A stretch of DNA of 64,000 nt from a virus, in IMG/VR virus record IMGVR_UViG_3300047548_001271, positions 1-64,000 of that record, one strand, 5' to 3'. The notes under the pieces are model-generated. The model was not told the DNA's origin. It saw only the letters and a list, made by a program, of their open reading frames with translations, and made no database searches. Position 1 is the stretch's first letter, and each line of letters begins with the position of its first letter. Both the position numbers and the translations under genes were made by a program. Shown here piece after piece: positions 7,054 through 16,000 of the stretch.

Positions 7054-7209
7054 TCATTTACGATTCATGAATTCTTTGTGCCGCTCCCGAGCGGCATCCA
7101 TCTCAGCCTTGAACACGAGATACTCTTTATCCCACAGCCACAAGCGATGCAGCCAGAACAAAACGAAAACGGCATGAATCACAAACAGCCAAAAATAAAA
7201 GACTTCCAT
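7054..7209 (-). CDS. Small membrane protein (51 aa, MEVFYFWLFVIH...)
   Basis: AGGAG RBS; hydrophobic aromatic N-terminal half; ends just before the terminator. Confidence 0.6.
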   Translation of the reverse strand: MEVFYFWLFVIHAVFVLFWLHRLWLWDKEYLVFKAEMDAARERHKEFMNRK

Positions 7210-7263
7210 GTCATTCTCCTAAAGTTGAGGGGGAGGGAAATCCTCCCCGCTCATAAAACCGAA

Positions 7264-7521
7264 TCAAAGATAATGAGCGACTGGGAACGGAACAATGTCA
7301 CTGAAATCTTCAGGGGTCTTAAACGTCACAGGGTCTCCATGGAGTTCACAGAACCGTGGGAATGTTTTCCCGTAGAACAAGTGAACTCCCTCATTTGTGA
7401 TGAACGGCAACAAATCCTGATGTTGCGAGATGTTGTAAACGTTGAACGACGTGATACTACTTCCGGCAGAGTAGCAAATCCACACCCCATGATTCATGGG
7501 TTCATAATTTACAATAACCAT
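7264..7521 (-). CDS. Hypothetical protein (85 aa, start revised to 7521)
   Basis: GGGAG RBS lies within the intergenic repeat. Confidence 0.6.
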   Translation of the reverse strand: MVIVNYEPMNHGVWICYSAGSSITSFNVYNISQHQDLLPFITNEGVHLFYGKTFPRFCELHGDPVTFKTPEDFSDIVPFPVAHYL

Positions 7522-7526
7522 TTCTC

Positions 7527-7594
7527 TCTCCCAAAAGAAAACTTGAAAAATGTGGGGGAGGAACATCCTCCCCCACGGTCTCGGTTGTTTCTCA
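7527..7594. repeat. ~66-bp direct repeat, copy A (hairpin + U-tract + RBS)
   Basis: Near-identical to 7788-7853; GTGGGGGAGGA-ACA-TCCTCCCCCAC. Confidence 0.85.
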
Positions 7595-7602
7595 GCGAGA
7601 AA

Positions 7603-7782
7603 CTACACGACGGTCTGGAAAATCAGCGGGTCGGGGAAGACCGATCCGCGTAAATACTCTGTTGCATCGATATGCCAGACCCACTCATCGTACTTCTGCC
7701 ATGATCGGAAGGGGGGGCGGGTAAGACACGTACTGTAGAAAAGCCCATAAGGCAAAAGGAAATACTCATTGAAGAAAACCAT
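7603..7782 (-). CDS. Hypothetical protein (59 aa, start revised to 7782)
   Basis: GGGAG RBS; flanked by the two direct repeats. Confidence 0.55.
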   Translation of the reverse strand: MVFFNEYFLLPYGLFYSTCLTRPPFRSWQKYDEWVWHIDATEYLRGSVFPDPLIFQTVV

Positions 7783-7787
7783 GACAT

Positions 7788-7853
7788 TCTCCCAAAAGAA
7801 ACTTGAAAAATGTGGGGGAGGGAAATCCTCCCCCACGGTCTGGGTTGTTCTCA
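7788..7853. repeat. ~66-bp direct repeat, copy B
   Basis: Near-identical to 7527-7594. Confidence 0.85.
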
Positions 7854-7863
7854 AAATCGAGAA

Positions 7864-8217
7864 CTATTTCTTCACCACCTGGAGAATCTTCCAGGTTTCC
7901 ACCTGCGCGAATTTTCGCACAGTCTCCGGAGCAGTCGGGAAAAGCGCCCGCAGGCGGGCCGTGTTCACAGCCCCCAGTGGGGCTGGTTTAGTCCGGAATT
8001 CCACTGGAACAGTTTCAATTGCCAGCCCTGGCAGGGCGGAAACCGAAAACTTTTCCATCACCACAGCAGCATAATTCCCGACACTGAGAGCATTCTTCCC
8101 CTGCAGGGAAGAAATAATCTCTTTTTCGAGAATCTCCGCTTCTGCGGAGACACTGGAAGACTCGGCTGCCAATTTGGCAGCCTTTTCCCGCAATGCAAAC
8201 AACCTGGCAAGTGACAT
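7864..8217 (-). CDS. Hypothetical protein, first gene of the left arm (start probably 8217)
   Basis: GGGAG RBS; N-terminal helical segment. Confidence 0.6.
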   Translation of the reverse strand: MSLARLFALREKAAKLAAESSSVSAEAEILEKEIISSLQGKNALSVGNYAAVVMEKFSVSALPGLAIETVPVEFRTKPAPLGAVNTARLRALFPTAPETVRKFAQVETWKILQVVKK

Positions 8218-8290
8218 AGTCACTTCTCCCACTATGAAAACCACCAGGCAGAATTCGAATTGAATTCTAAAATTCCCAGTGGGTTATTCC

Positions 8291-8433
8291 ATTCTGACAA
8301 GTGCTTTCGGCTTGTCAAGCCTGAAACTTGAAAATTTTCGCAGATTGTCAAAGAGCGGGGGGTTTCCCCCATTCCGGTCTTTTTCGTCCGGGTGCTTTAG
8401 TCTGGCGAATGTTTTCGGCTTGTCAAGCCTGAA
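8291..8433 (-). promoter_or_regulatory. Tandem duplicated promoters with a palindrome over the -35
   Basis: TTGACA-16-CAGAAT (8318-8291) and TTGACA-16-CAGACT (8426-8399); 21-bp repeat TTTCGGCTTGTCAAGCCTGAA. Confidence 0.6.
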
Positions 8434-8695
8434 TCCTGAAAAAAAAGAAAAAAAACTTTTGAGAATCCTTAATGGTGGCTTTCATCGGCACCCTCACATG
8501 GGCACGAATGTCATACCACCCTACAGGGTAGGGATCACAGGCACCCACCTCGAAAGCGTAGTGATCGCCCTCACACCACCCCTAGGGTGGGGTTTTTTGT
8601 TCCACCTAGGGGCCGCCCAAGGCCTGCTCGGCCCCCGGGGGGGTCTAAACACAACCCACAAACTCTTTATAAAATGTATTACCCGTATTCACCAG

Positions 8696-9118
8696 CTAAT
8701 GCTTTGGGGCTAGAATCGCGGCCCACGTTGGTACTCCATTATAGATACGACTTCGCAGCACATTATAACTCACTTGACACATTGGATGTCTGCTCCATTC
8801 TGCGATTGTATTTGTTTCTCCGAAGCATTCTATTTTAACATTGTCGGATCTATTATTAGCATTTTGAACGCGATTATATTTTCTCAAATTCTTACGAGTG
8901 TTATTTAGTCTGTTTCTATCTTTGTGGTCAATAATAACTTCGGGGTCTGTTTCATTCATAATGAATCTATGCATTCTCACTTCTTTGCCATCGATTTTGG
9001 TGATCGCATAGCCTTCCCTGTAATGCCAGCTATGTCTGGCAACTAAAGGATAATCAGCAGGGTCAACAAGGGCAAATTTTCCAGCACCAACTACGCCATT
9101 AATCAATACTTGCATCAT
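8696..9118 (-). CDS. HNH homing endonuclease (HNH_3-like)
   Basis: MHRFIM...IDHKDRNRLNNTRKNLR...N..N. Confidence 0.85.
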   Translation of the reverse strand: MMQVLINGVVGAGKFALVDPADYPLVARHSWHYREGYAITKIDGKEVRMHRFIMNETDPEVIIDHKDRNRLNNTRKNLRKYNRVQNANNRSDNVKIECFGETNTIAEWSRHPMCQVSYNVLRSRIYNGVPTWAAILAPKH

Positions 9119-9128
9119 AATAACACCT

Positions 9129-9140
9129 TGGGGTATAATA
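9129..9140 (+). promoter_or_regulatory. Putative phage late promoter TGGNGTAT
   Basis: TGGGGTATAATA; same motif at 18414, 21048, 25611, 29048 and 32640, all at gene boundaries. Confidence 0.55.
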
Positions 9141-9157
9141 ATTTATAGGAGAAAAAT

Positions 9158-9331
9158 ATGAAAATAACACCAACAGAACAATTACAAAAAGCAATAGCTT
9201 CTGATTTAGAAACTCCCGACTCAGAAGTGTCTATGGAAGAATTACTATGCCAACATCAGAACAACTTGAAATCATTCAAAAAGTTATCGCCCGAATCTCT
9301 TCAAAGCACAAATTCTCATATTACGAAATAG
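9158..9331 (+). CDS. Small hypothetical protein (57 aa, MKITPTEQ...)
   Basis: AGGAG RBS downstream of the putative promoter; overlaps the next gene. Confidence 0.45.
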   Translation: MKITPTEQLQKAIASDLETPDSEVSMEELLCQHQNNLKSFKKLSPESLQSTNSHITK

Positions 9332-9756
9332 AAGATATAAAACAAGAAGCATTTATTATCGCTTGTGAGGCCCTGGAGAATTACGACTCGTCGCGCCCCT
9401 TAGAGAATTTTATCGCCCGTCATATATCTAATAGATTAAAAACATTAAGAAGAAATAAATATTTCAGGCAAAATACAGTAGAAGGAACCCGACATCACTC
9501 TCTTAATGAATCAAAAAAAGCTTTAATGGATCTAGTTAGTTTAAGCGATGACAGCGGAGAAATTAAACACGATATATCGTATGAAGTAGATTTTGACAAG
9601 ATATCAACTACTGAAGCCCTCAATAAAGTATTAGATAATTTATCCCCCCAAATGAGAAGCGACTTTATGAAATTGGCTAACGGTGTGACTGTAAAGTTTC
9701 ACAAGAAAGAAGCCTTGTTCAAGAAAGTGAGGGAGATTTTAAATGAAGACTGGTAG
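9247..9756 (+). CDS. Sigma-70/ECF-like sigma factor
   Basis: Region-2-like EDIKQEAFI...LENYD...NFIARHISNRL; C-terminal L-S-P helix. Confidence 0.7.
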   Translation: MPTSEQLEIIQKVIARISSKHKFSYYEIEDIKQEAFIIACEALENYDSSRPLENFIARHISNRLKTLRRNKYFRQNTVEGTRHHSLNESKKALMDLVSLSDDSGEIKHDISYEVDFDKISTTEALNKVLDNLSPQMRSDFMKLANGVTVKFHKKEALFKKVREILNEDW

Positions 9757-10537
9757 ATTATCAAAAGATGAATGGGCGATGATCGAAGAACTTGCCGACA
9801 CTCACGCCCCCGAAGATATTGCCAAAAAATTAAATAGAGACTTAGATCCTATCTTAAAATACTTACAAAAAATTGGCAAAGCAGATAATAGAATTCAGTC
9901 TTTAGTTGTACAGGCTGAATACGATTTAAGATCAAGACCGTATTGGAAAGAGCTTAAAAGCCAGTTCTCTGAAAGCGAATTAGAACTATTTTTATATCAC
10001 TGGTCAGAAATAGTTGCTCAGTTTAGAAAAGATGTTCTTAAAACAGAAGAATTACAAATTGTTGACTTAATCAAATTAGAAATTCTAATGAACAGAGCAT
10101 TAAGAGAACAACAAGAATCAAAAATGCGTATTGAAGAATTAGAACAAGATCTTAATAGATTAAAAACTGTAATTAGTGACCAGCAAGATAGAGAAGAAAT
10201 ATTTTCTATTGAACGACAAATTGCCAGCATGAGAGCGGCAAAAGAGGCTTTATCCAGAGAATACAAAGATCTTTACAGTAAAAAGGAAAGCTCATTCAAG
10301 AACTTAAAGGCCACAAGAGAGCAGAGAATTCAAAAACTAGAAAGTAGTAAAGTTACTTTGTCTGGACTGATAGAGAAGATTTTAAGAGACCCGGACTTCT
10401 TCGAGGAACAAGGGAAATATCTCGAAAAGATGCGATTAGCTATGGAAGTGGAGAAGAAGAGACTATCTGATTATCACAAATATGGAGACGGAGAGGTGGA
10501 TCAACCATTTTTAAACGCTGACACCATTATCAACTAA
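9743..10537 (+). CDS. HTH + coiled-coil protein (possible terminase small subunit)
   Basis: N-terminal EDIAKKLNR HTH-like segment, long coiled coil, upstream of TerL; function inferred from position only. Confidence 0.45.
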   Translation: MKTGRLSKDEWAMIEELADTHAPEDIAKKLNRDLDPILKYLQKIGKADNRIQSLVVQAEYDLRSRPYWKELKSQFSESELELFLYHWSEIVAQFRKDVLKTEELQIVDLIKLEILMNRALREQQESKMRIEELEQDLNRLKTVISDQQDREEIFSIERQIASMRAAKEALSREYKDLYSKKESSFKNLKATREQRIQKLESSKVTLSGLIEKILRDPDFFEEQGKYLEKMRLAMEVEKKRLSDYHKYGDGEVDQPFLNADTIIN

Positions 10538-10584
10538 TAAACCTTTCTCCTTTAGTTGACGTATTTATTTTAAGGAAATTTTGC

Positions 10585-11730
10585 ATGTCTGTCAATACAA
10601 AAAACCAAAAAGTTGCAATTATCTCGGGAATAACAGGGCAAGACGGATCTCATCTTGCAGACTTTTTATGTAATTATTACAAAATCGTTGGAATCGTTCG
10701 TAGATCTTCAAATCCGAATTATTCTCGCATTGAACATCTACTTGGGAAAATAGAGCTTGTTGAGGGCGATATCTCAGACAGAGATAGTATGACATCAATT
10801 ATTAGTAAGTATCGCCCTGATGAATTTTACAACTTTGCGGCACAAAGCCATGTTGCAACATCGTTTGCTCAACCATCATATACTTTTGATATGACCGGCA
10901 AGTCAGTCATAAATATATTACAATCAATAGTTGAGCTTGGCCTTGTTAATAAGACAAGATTTTATCAAGCTAGTTCAAGTGAGATGTTTGGTTCGAACTA
11001 TGACACTAGAGTTGTTTATTTGCAAAAAGAGTATCCCGTTTTTACGAAAGATTCAAACGGAAATGTATTCAGCAATAATCTAACCTCTTGTATTGAAAAG
11101 TATCAGAACGAACAAACGAGATTTGCTCCTAGATCTCCATATGCAATCGCTAAGGTCGCGGCGCATCACATTACTCAATTATATAGAGACTCACACGGGA
11201 TTCACGCGAGCTGTGGAATCTTATTTAACCATGAGGGCCCGCGAAGAGGAGAGAATTTTGTTACTCGTAAAATAACAAAATGGATTGCCGGATTCTGTAA
11301 AGAAATGCAGTCATTTAATATAAAAGATATTGTGATTAACGAAAAAACAATAACTTTACCAAATAAAAAAACTTATCCAAAATTAACCCTTGGAAATATA
11401 TACGCACAAAGAGATTGGGGCTACGCTGGTGACTATGTACATGCGGCATTTTTAATGTTGCAGCAAGATAAGCCCGATGATTATGTTATCTGTACTGGGC
11501 AAACACGATCTGTTTTAGATTTTCTAAAAGAGGCATTCTCTTATGCCGGAATAGTTGACATAGACCCTCTTTCTCTTGTCTATATTGACCCGGATCTATT
11601 TAGACCTTGTGAAGTGGAATATTTAAGAGGTTGCAGCTTTAAAGCTCAACACGAATTAGGCTGGACCCCAACTCACACATTTAATGATTTAGTTAGGATG
11701 ATGGTTGATCATGACAAAGAGAAATTATAA
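10585..11730 (+). CDS. gmd: GDP-mannose 4,6-dehydratase
   Basis: GITGQDG, AAQSHV, FYQASSSEMFG, PRSPYAIAK, GILFNHEGPRRGENFVTRKIT, RDWG. Confidence 0.95.
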   Translation: MSVNTKNQKVAIISGITGQDGSHLADFLCNYYKIVGIVRRSSNPNYSRIEHLLGKIELVEGDISDRDSMTSIISKYRPDEFYNFAAQSHVATSFAQPSYTFDMTGKSVINILQSIVELGLVNKTRFYQASSSEMFGSNYDTRVVYLQKEYPVFTKDSNGNVFSNNLTSCIEKYQNEQTRFAPRSPYAIAKVAAHHITQLYRDSHGIHASCGILFNHEGPRRGENFVTRKITKWIAGFCKEMQSFNIKDIVINEKTITLPNKKTYPKLTLGNIYAQRDWGYAGDYVHAAFLMLQQDKPDDYVICTGQTRSVLDFLKEAFSYAGIVDIDPLSLVYIDPDLFRPCEVEYLRGCSFKAQHELGWTPTHTFNDLVRMMVDHDKEKL

Positions 11731-11986
11731 CGACCCAGTCTACAAAAGAGCAAGATCAAAAGTTCTGAAAAGAGATGGACATAAATGCCAAATGCCGAAC
11801 TGCGGATCTAAATACAGATTAAATGTACATCATATACATCCATGGTCTTCGGCCCCATCAATGAGATTTGAAGAATATAATTTAATTACACTTTGTAGAA
11901 AGTGTCATGATTCAATTAAAAATCAAGAACATTTATACATATCACTTTTTATGAGCATAGCGAGAGAAAATGGAAATTCTAGCTGA
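11711..11986 (+). CDS. HNH endonuclease
   Basis: RD..KCQMPNC...VHHI...NLITLCRKCH. Confidence 0.85.
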   Translation: MTKRNYNDPVYKRARSKVLKRDGHKCQMPNCGSKYRLNVHHIHPWSSAPSMRFEEYNLITLCRKCHDSIKNQEHLYISLFMSIARENGNSS

Positions 11987-12449
11987 CACAAGAGAAAAAC
12001 AACCTTGGGACTTTATATTTTTTCCAGATGTAACTGTAACCACAGCAAAATTAAATCTTGGGGATTATACAAGTTCTAAACTCAAAGATCTTCTTTTTGT
12101 TGAGAGGAAGGCGTCTCCATCAGAGATCGCTATAAATTTAGGAAATAAAAAAGACAAAGAAAGATTTTTTACAGAGTTAGAAAAAGCTAAAGAATATAAA
12201 CATAAATTTATTATTTGTGAATTTTCAGAATCAGATGTTTATAAATTTCCAAGCGGTTTGCCCCATCACATTAAATCTAAAATGAGAATTACTGGCAGGG
12301 GTTTAATGAAAATGATAAAAGATGCTGAACAAAAGTTTGGTATTCCATTTTTATTTTTTGACGATAAGAATCAAGCAGAGTTGTATGTTTATACTATAAT
12401 TTCTTCTTTGGAGAAAAAATATGAGGGAAATATACATACACGGAAATAA
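11970..12449 (+). CDS. ERCC4/XPF-type nuclease
   Basis: DTREKQP, GDY, VERK motifs. Confidence 0.8.
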   Translation: MEILADTREKQPWDFIFFPDVTVTTAKLNLGDYTSSKLKDLLFVERKASPSEIAINLGNKKDKERFFTELEKAKEYKHKFIICEFSESDVYKFPSGLPHHIKSKMRITGRGLMKMIKDAEQKFGIPFLFFDDKNQAELYVYTIISSLEKKYEGNIHTRK

Positions 12450-13020
12450 TCAAAAAGAAGAGCTAAATGATATTGACTATCTAAGCTCTTCCGCTTTTTA
12501 TAAAACTCTTCATGAACTTGAGAGAGAAAGTAATGAAGATATTATTGTTCACCTTCATACAATAGGTGGTGACTTGGATGATGGTCTAGCTATATACGAT
12601 AATATTTTATATAGCAATTGCAATATATCAATAATTGGTCATGGTTGCGTTTATTCTGTTGGAACGATAATCATGCAAGCGGCAAAGAAAAGATTTTTAA
12701 TGCCTAATTGTTCTTTTATGGTTCATTATGGAAGTTGCAGCATATCAGCCGAACACAAATCAGCAGTTAATACTATTGCATACTATAAACAACAAGAGTC
12801 AAAAATGATAGATATCTATGCTGACAGATGTCTATCTGGAAATGCATTTAAAGGTTATGATAAGGAAAAAGTAAAAAGATTTATAACTTCTAAATTAGAT
12901 AAAAATGGTGACTGGTATATGTCGGCAGAAGATGCTGTTTATTTTGGGTTTGCCGATAAAGTTATAACAAAAAGAGAGTATTCTAATGTCAGAAAAATTA
13001 ACAAAAGAAATAATATCTGA
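12421..13020 (+). CDS. clpP: ClpP-like serine protease
   Basis: GG....GLAIYD; G-CVY-S-VG (Ser); FMVH (His); DWYMSAEDAV-FGFAD (Asp). Confidence 0.85.
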   Translation: MREIYIHGNNQKEELNDIDYLSSSAFYKTLHELERESNEDIIVHLHTIGGDLDDGLAIYDNILYSNCNISIIGHGCVYSVGTIIMQAAKKRFLMPNCSFMVHYGSCSISAEHKSAVNTIAYYKQQESKMIDIYADRCLSGNAFKGYDKEKVKRFITSKLDKNGDWYMSAEDAVYFGFADKVITKREYSNVRKINKRNNI

Positions 13021-16000
13021 GCTTAATGACGCTTGGCTAAATATAAACATAAAAAACAGCGAGATTATAAATCCGTTTGAATTACTAAGAACTGATGAGC
13101 CAGATGATTTTCATATGAAGCTCGCTTGGTTATTTATGAACCCGGATTATTTTTGTTTTATCTGTAAGCACGTATTAAATATTGAACTTCTACCAATGCA
13201 AGCTCTTATATTAAAAGAAATGTGGAATCGTAAATTTCCAATGCTTGTTGGCTCAAGAGGATTAGGGAAAGCGATAAGGCCAGACGAGAAAATCCGCATT
13301 AAGAACGGATGGACTACTATTAAAGATTTAAAGATTGGTGATCAAGTATATTCATCTAATGGTAAACTATGCAATGTGATTTACAAGACTGAGCTTCAGA
13401 AGAATCTCAAAATGTATAAGATTACTCTTCGAGATGGTAGAACCATTGATTGTTGTGAAGATCATATGTGGAAAGTCTGGGATAAGAACAAAAATAAGAA
13501 TAGGGAAAAATTGATTTGGTCAGAATTGAAGACTAAAGATATGATTGATTCCTATTCTATTACTAGAATTGGTAAAAATAATAATGGGTTTGAGTGCCGT
13601 TATGCACTCCCAGTAAATCTTCCTATTGTTGAAGATGATGAGAAGTTTTTTGAATTACACCCGTATGTAGTTGGAGTCCTTTTAGGAGATGGATGTCTTG
13701 GGCATAGACAGATTAGCTTAAGTTCTATGGATCAAGAGGTTATAGATCGCTTTACATCCCTACTTCCACATGGATATATTTTGAAGAGTGGAAATAATAA
13801 AGATTATAGGATTGTGAGATCTGATAAATCAGTTCCTCCTTTTTATGAAGTTTGTAAAAAAGCCGGTATTTATGGATACAACTCTCATACTAAGTTTATC
13901 CCAGACCAATACAAATATTCTGGGGTCAATAATTTAACTGAGTTGATCTTTGGCCTTATGGATACAGACGGATACTCTAGTAAAGAAGGTATTATAGAAT
14001 ACTATACAGTGTCTGAAAGATTAAAAAACGATTTTGTTGACATAGTTAGATCTCTTGGAATTCAGTGTCGAGAAACTATAAAAGAATCTTGGATAGGAGA
14101 TACTCGGTATTCAGATTGTTATAGAGTTTCTTTATATACAGATAAGCCCGTTTTTTCACTTACAAGAAAATTAGTTTATTTAAATCACACTAAATCAAAA
14201 GCGGGTAGATCAAAATATGAAAAAGTCTTTATAACAAAAATAGAGCGAATAGAAAATGGTGATGGATATTGTATACAGGTCGATAGTCCGGATCACACTT
14301 ATGTAACAAAAGATTACATAGTCACTCACAACACCTTTATATTATCAGTATATTGCCTATTAAGAGCGTTGTTGATGCCAAACAGAAAAATCGTTGTTGT
14401 TGGTTCTGCATTTAGACAAAGTAAATATCTACATGATTATATGGAGGCTATTTGGAAGAATTCTCCAATTTTAAGAGATATTTGTGATGAAAATAGTGGT
14501 CCAAGAAAAGATGTCGATATGTGCAGAATGACATTGAATAGAAGTAATATTGTTGCACTTCCTATAGGAGACGGATGCGTAAACCCTTATACATTAATGA
14601 CTTACGATAAATCATTTGGTTGTATGTTAGATAAACACGCGAAAGTGTGGGGTAATGGCAAATATAGAGATATTGATTATTATCTTAATAATGGAGTTAA
14701 GCCAACAAAAATTATAACAACTAGGTGTGGTTATTCATATGAAGGAACTCATAATCACGCAATGAAAGTTCTGAGAAATAATGAAATACAATGGGTTAGA
14801 TCAGATCAAATGATTAATGGTGATAGAATTTTAATAGATAGATCTGATAGATGGCATAATGGTGACTTTGAATGTACAGAAGATGAAGCCTATGCATTAG
14901 GAGCTATTATTGGTGATGGTTGCTGGACTAATAAGTATCAATTAAGATTTGCCACTAAAGATCAAGAAATTATAAATAAAATTAATAAAGCATTTAAAAA
15001 CACTTTTTACAAACAAAAAGATTGTATTCACTGGAATATGAACGGTGTTGAAAGTGTAACAAAATGGTTAACATTTTGGAAATTGAAAGAAAATTGTTGC
15101 ACTAAGAATAAGTCTTTACCTGAGACAATTTTATCGGCCTCTCGAAGTAAAATGACCGCTTGTTTACAAGGATTATTTGATACTGATGGTCATGTATTTG
15201 TTTCTACATCAAAAGGTGGCACAACAATATCGGTAAACTTTACTAATACTAGTAAAAGATTAGTAGAACAAATTCAATACATTTTATTGCATTATGGTAT
15301 AGTATCGACAGTAAAAAATAGAGATCGTAATCCAAAATGGAATACAGTGTATGAGCTTGGAATTTACGGAAAAAATGTCAAGTTGTTCGCAGAAAAAATC
15401 GGGTTTTATTTACCAAGAAAACAAGATCTTTTATTAAAAGCTGTTTCTCAAAAAAAGAAATGGAATAGTTTTAATGATGATATTCCTATTAGTGGTGATA
15501 TTGTCGAAGCATCTATAGACAGAAATAGAATAATTCCATACAGACTATGTAAATCAAAAATTTTATCAAAAAAGAGTTTTCAACAACAATTTTTACAAAA
15601 TTTACTACCATATTGTAACGATCCCGCTTGGCAGAATCTAGTTAATGAAGATATATATTATGATGAAATAATTTCAATAGAAGATTCAGAATGCCATACA
15701 TACGATATTCATGTGCCAGAAGGAAATGAATATTGTGCAAATGGTTTCTTTTCTCACAATTCAAAAATAAGAGGTCAAAGAGCAAATGATATCGTGGCAG
15801 ATGAATTTGCCTGCCTCAGAAGCTCCTCAATAATACAAACAGATGCCGGTCTTATAGAAATAAAAGACTATCTTAATGGGAATGCATACAATCTATTAAA
15901 TATTAATAGCTCTTTTGAAACACCTGACAAAATATTTAAAACACCGCTAGTTGATGTTTACCAAGTAGAAACGGCTAATGGTTATAGCTTTGCATGTTCT

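Noticed and set aside
495-8838. Plus-strand ORFs in the left arm (e.g. 7078-7653, 7810-8214, 8279-8713)
   Set aside because: Antisense shadows of RBS-supported minus-strand genes or of repeats; no RBS or recognisable motifs
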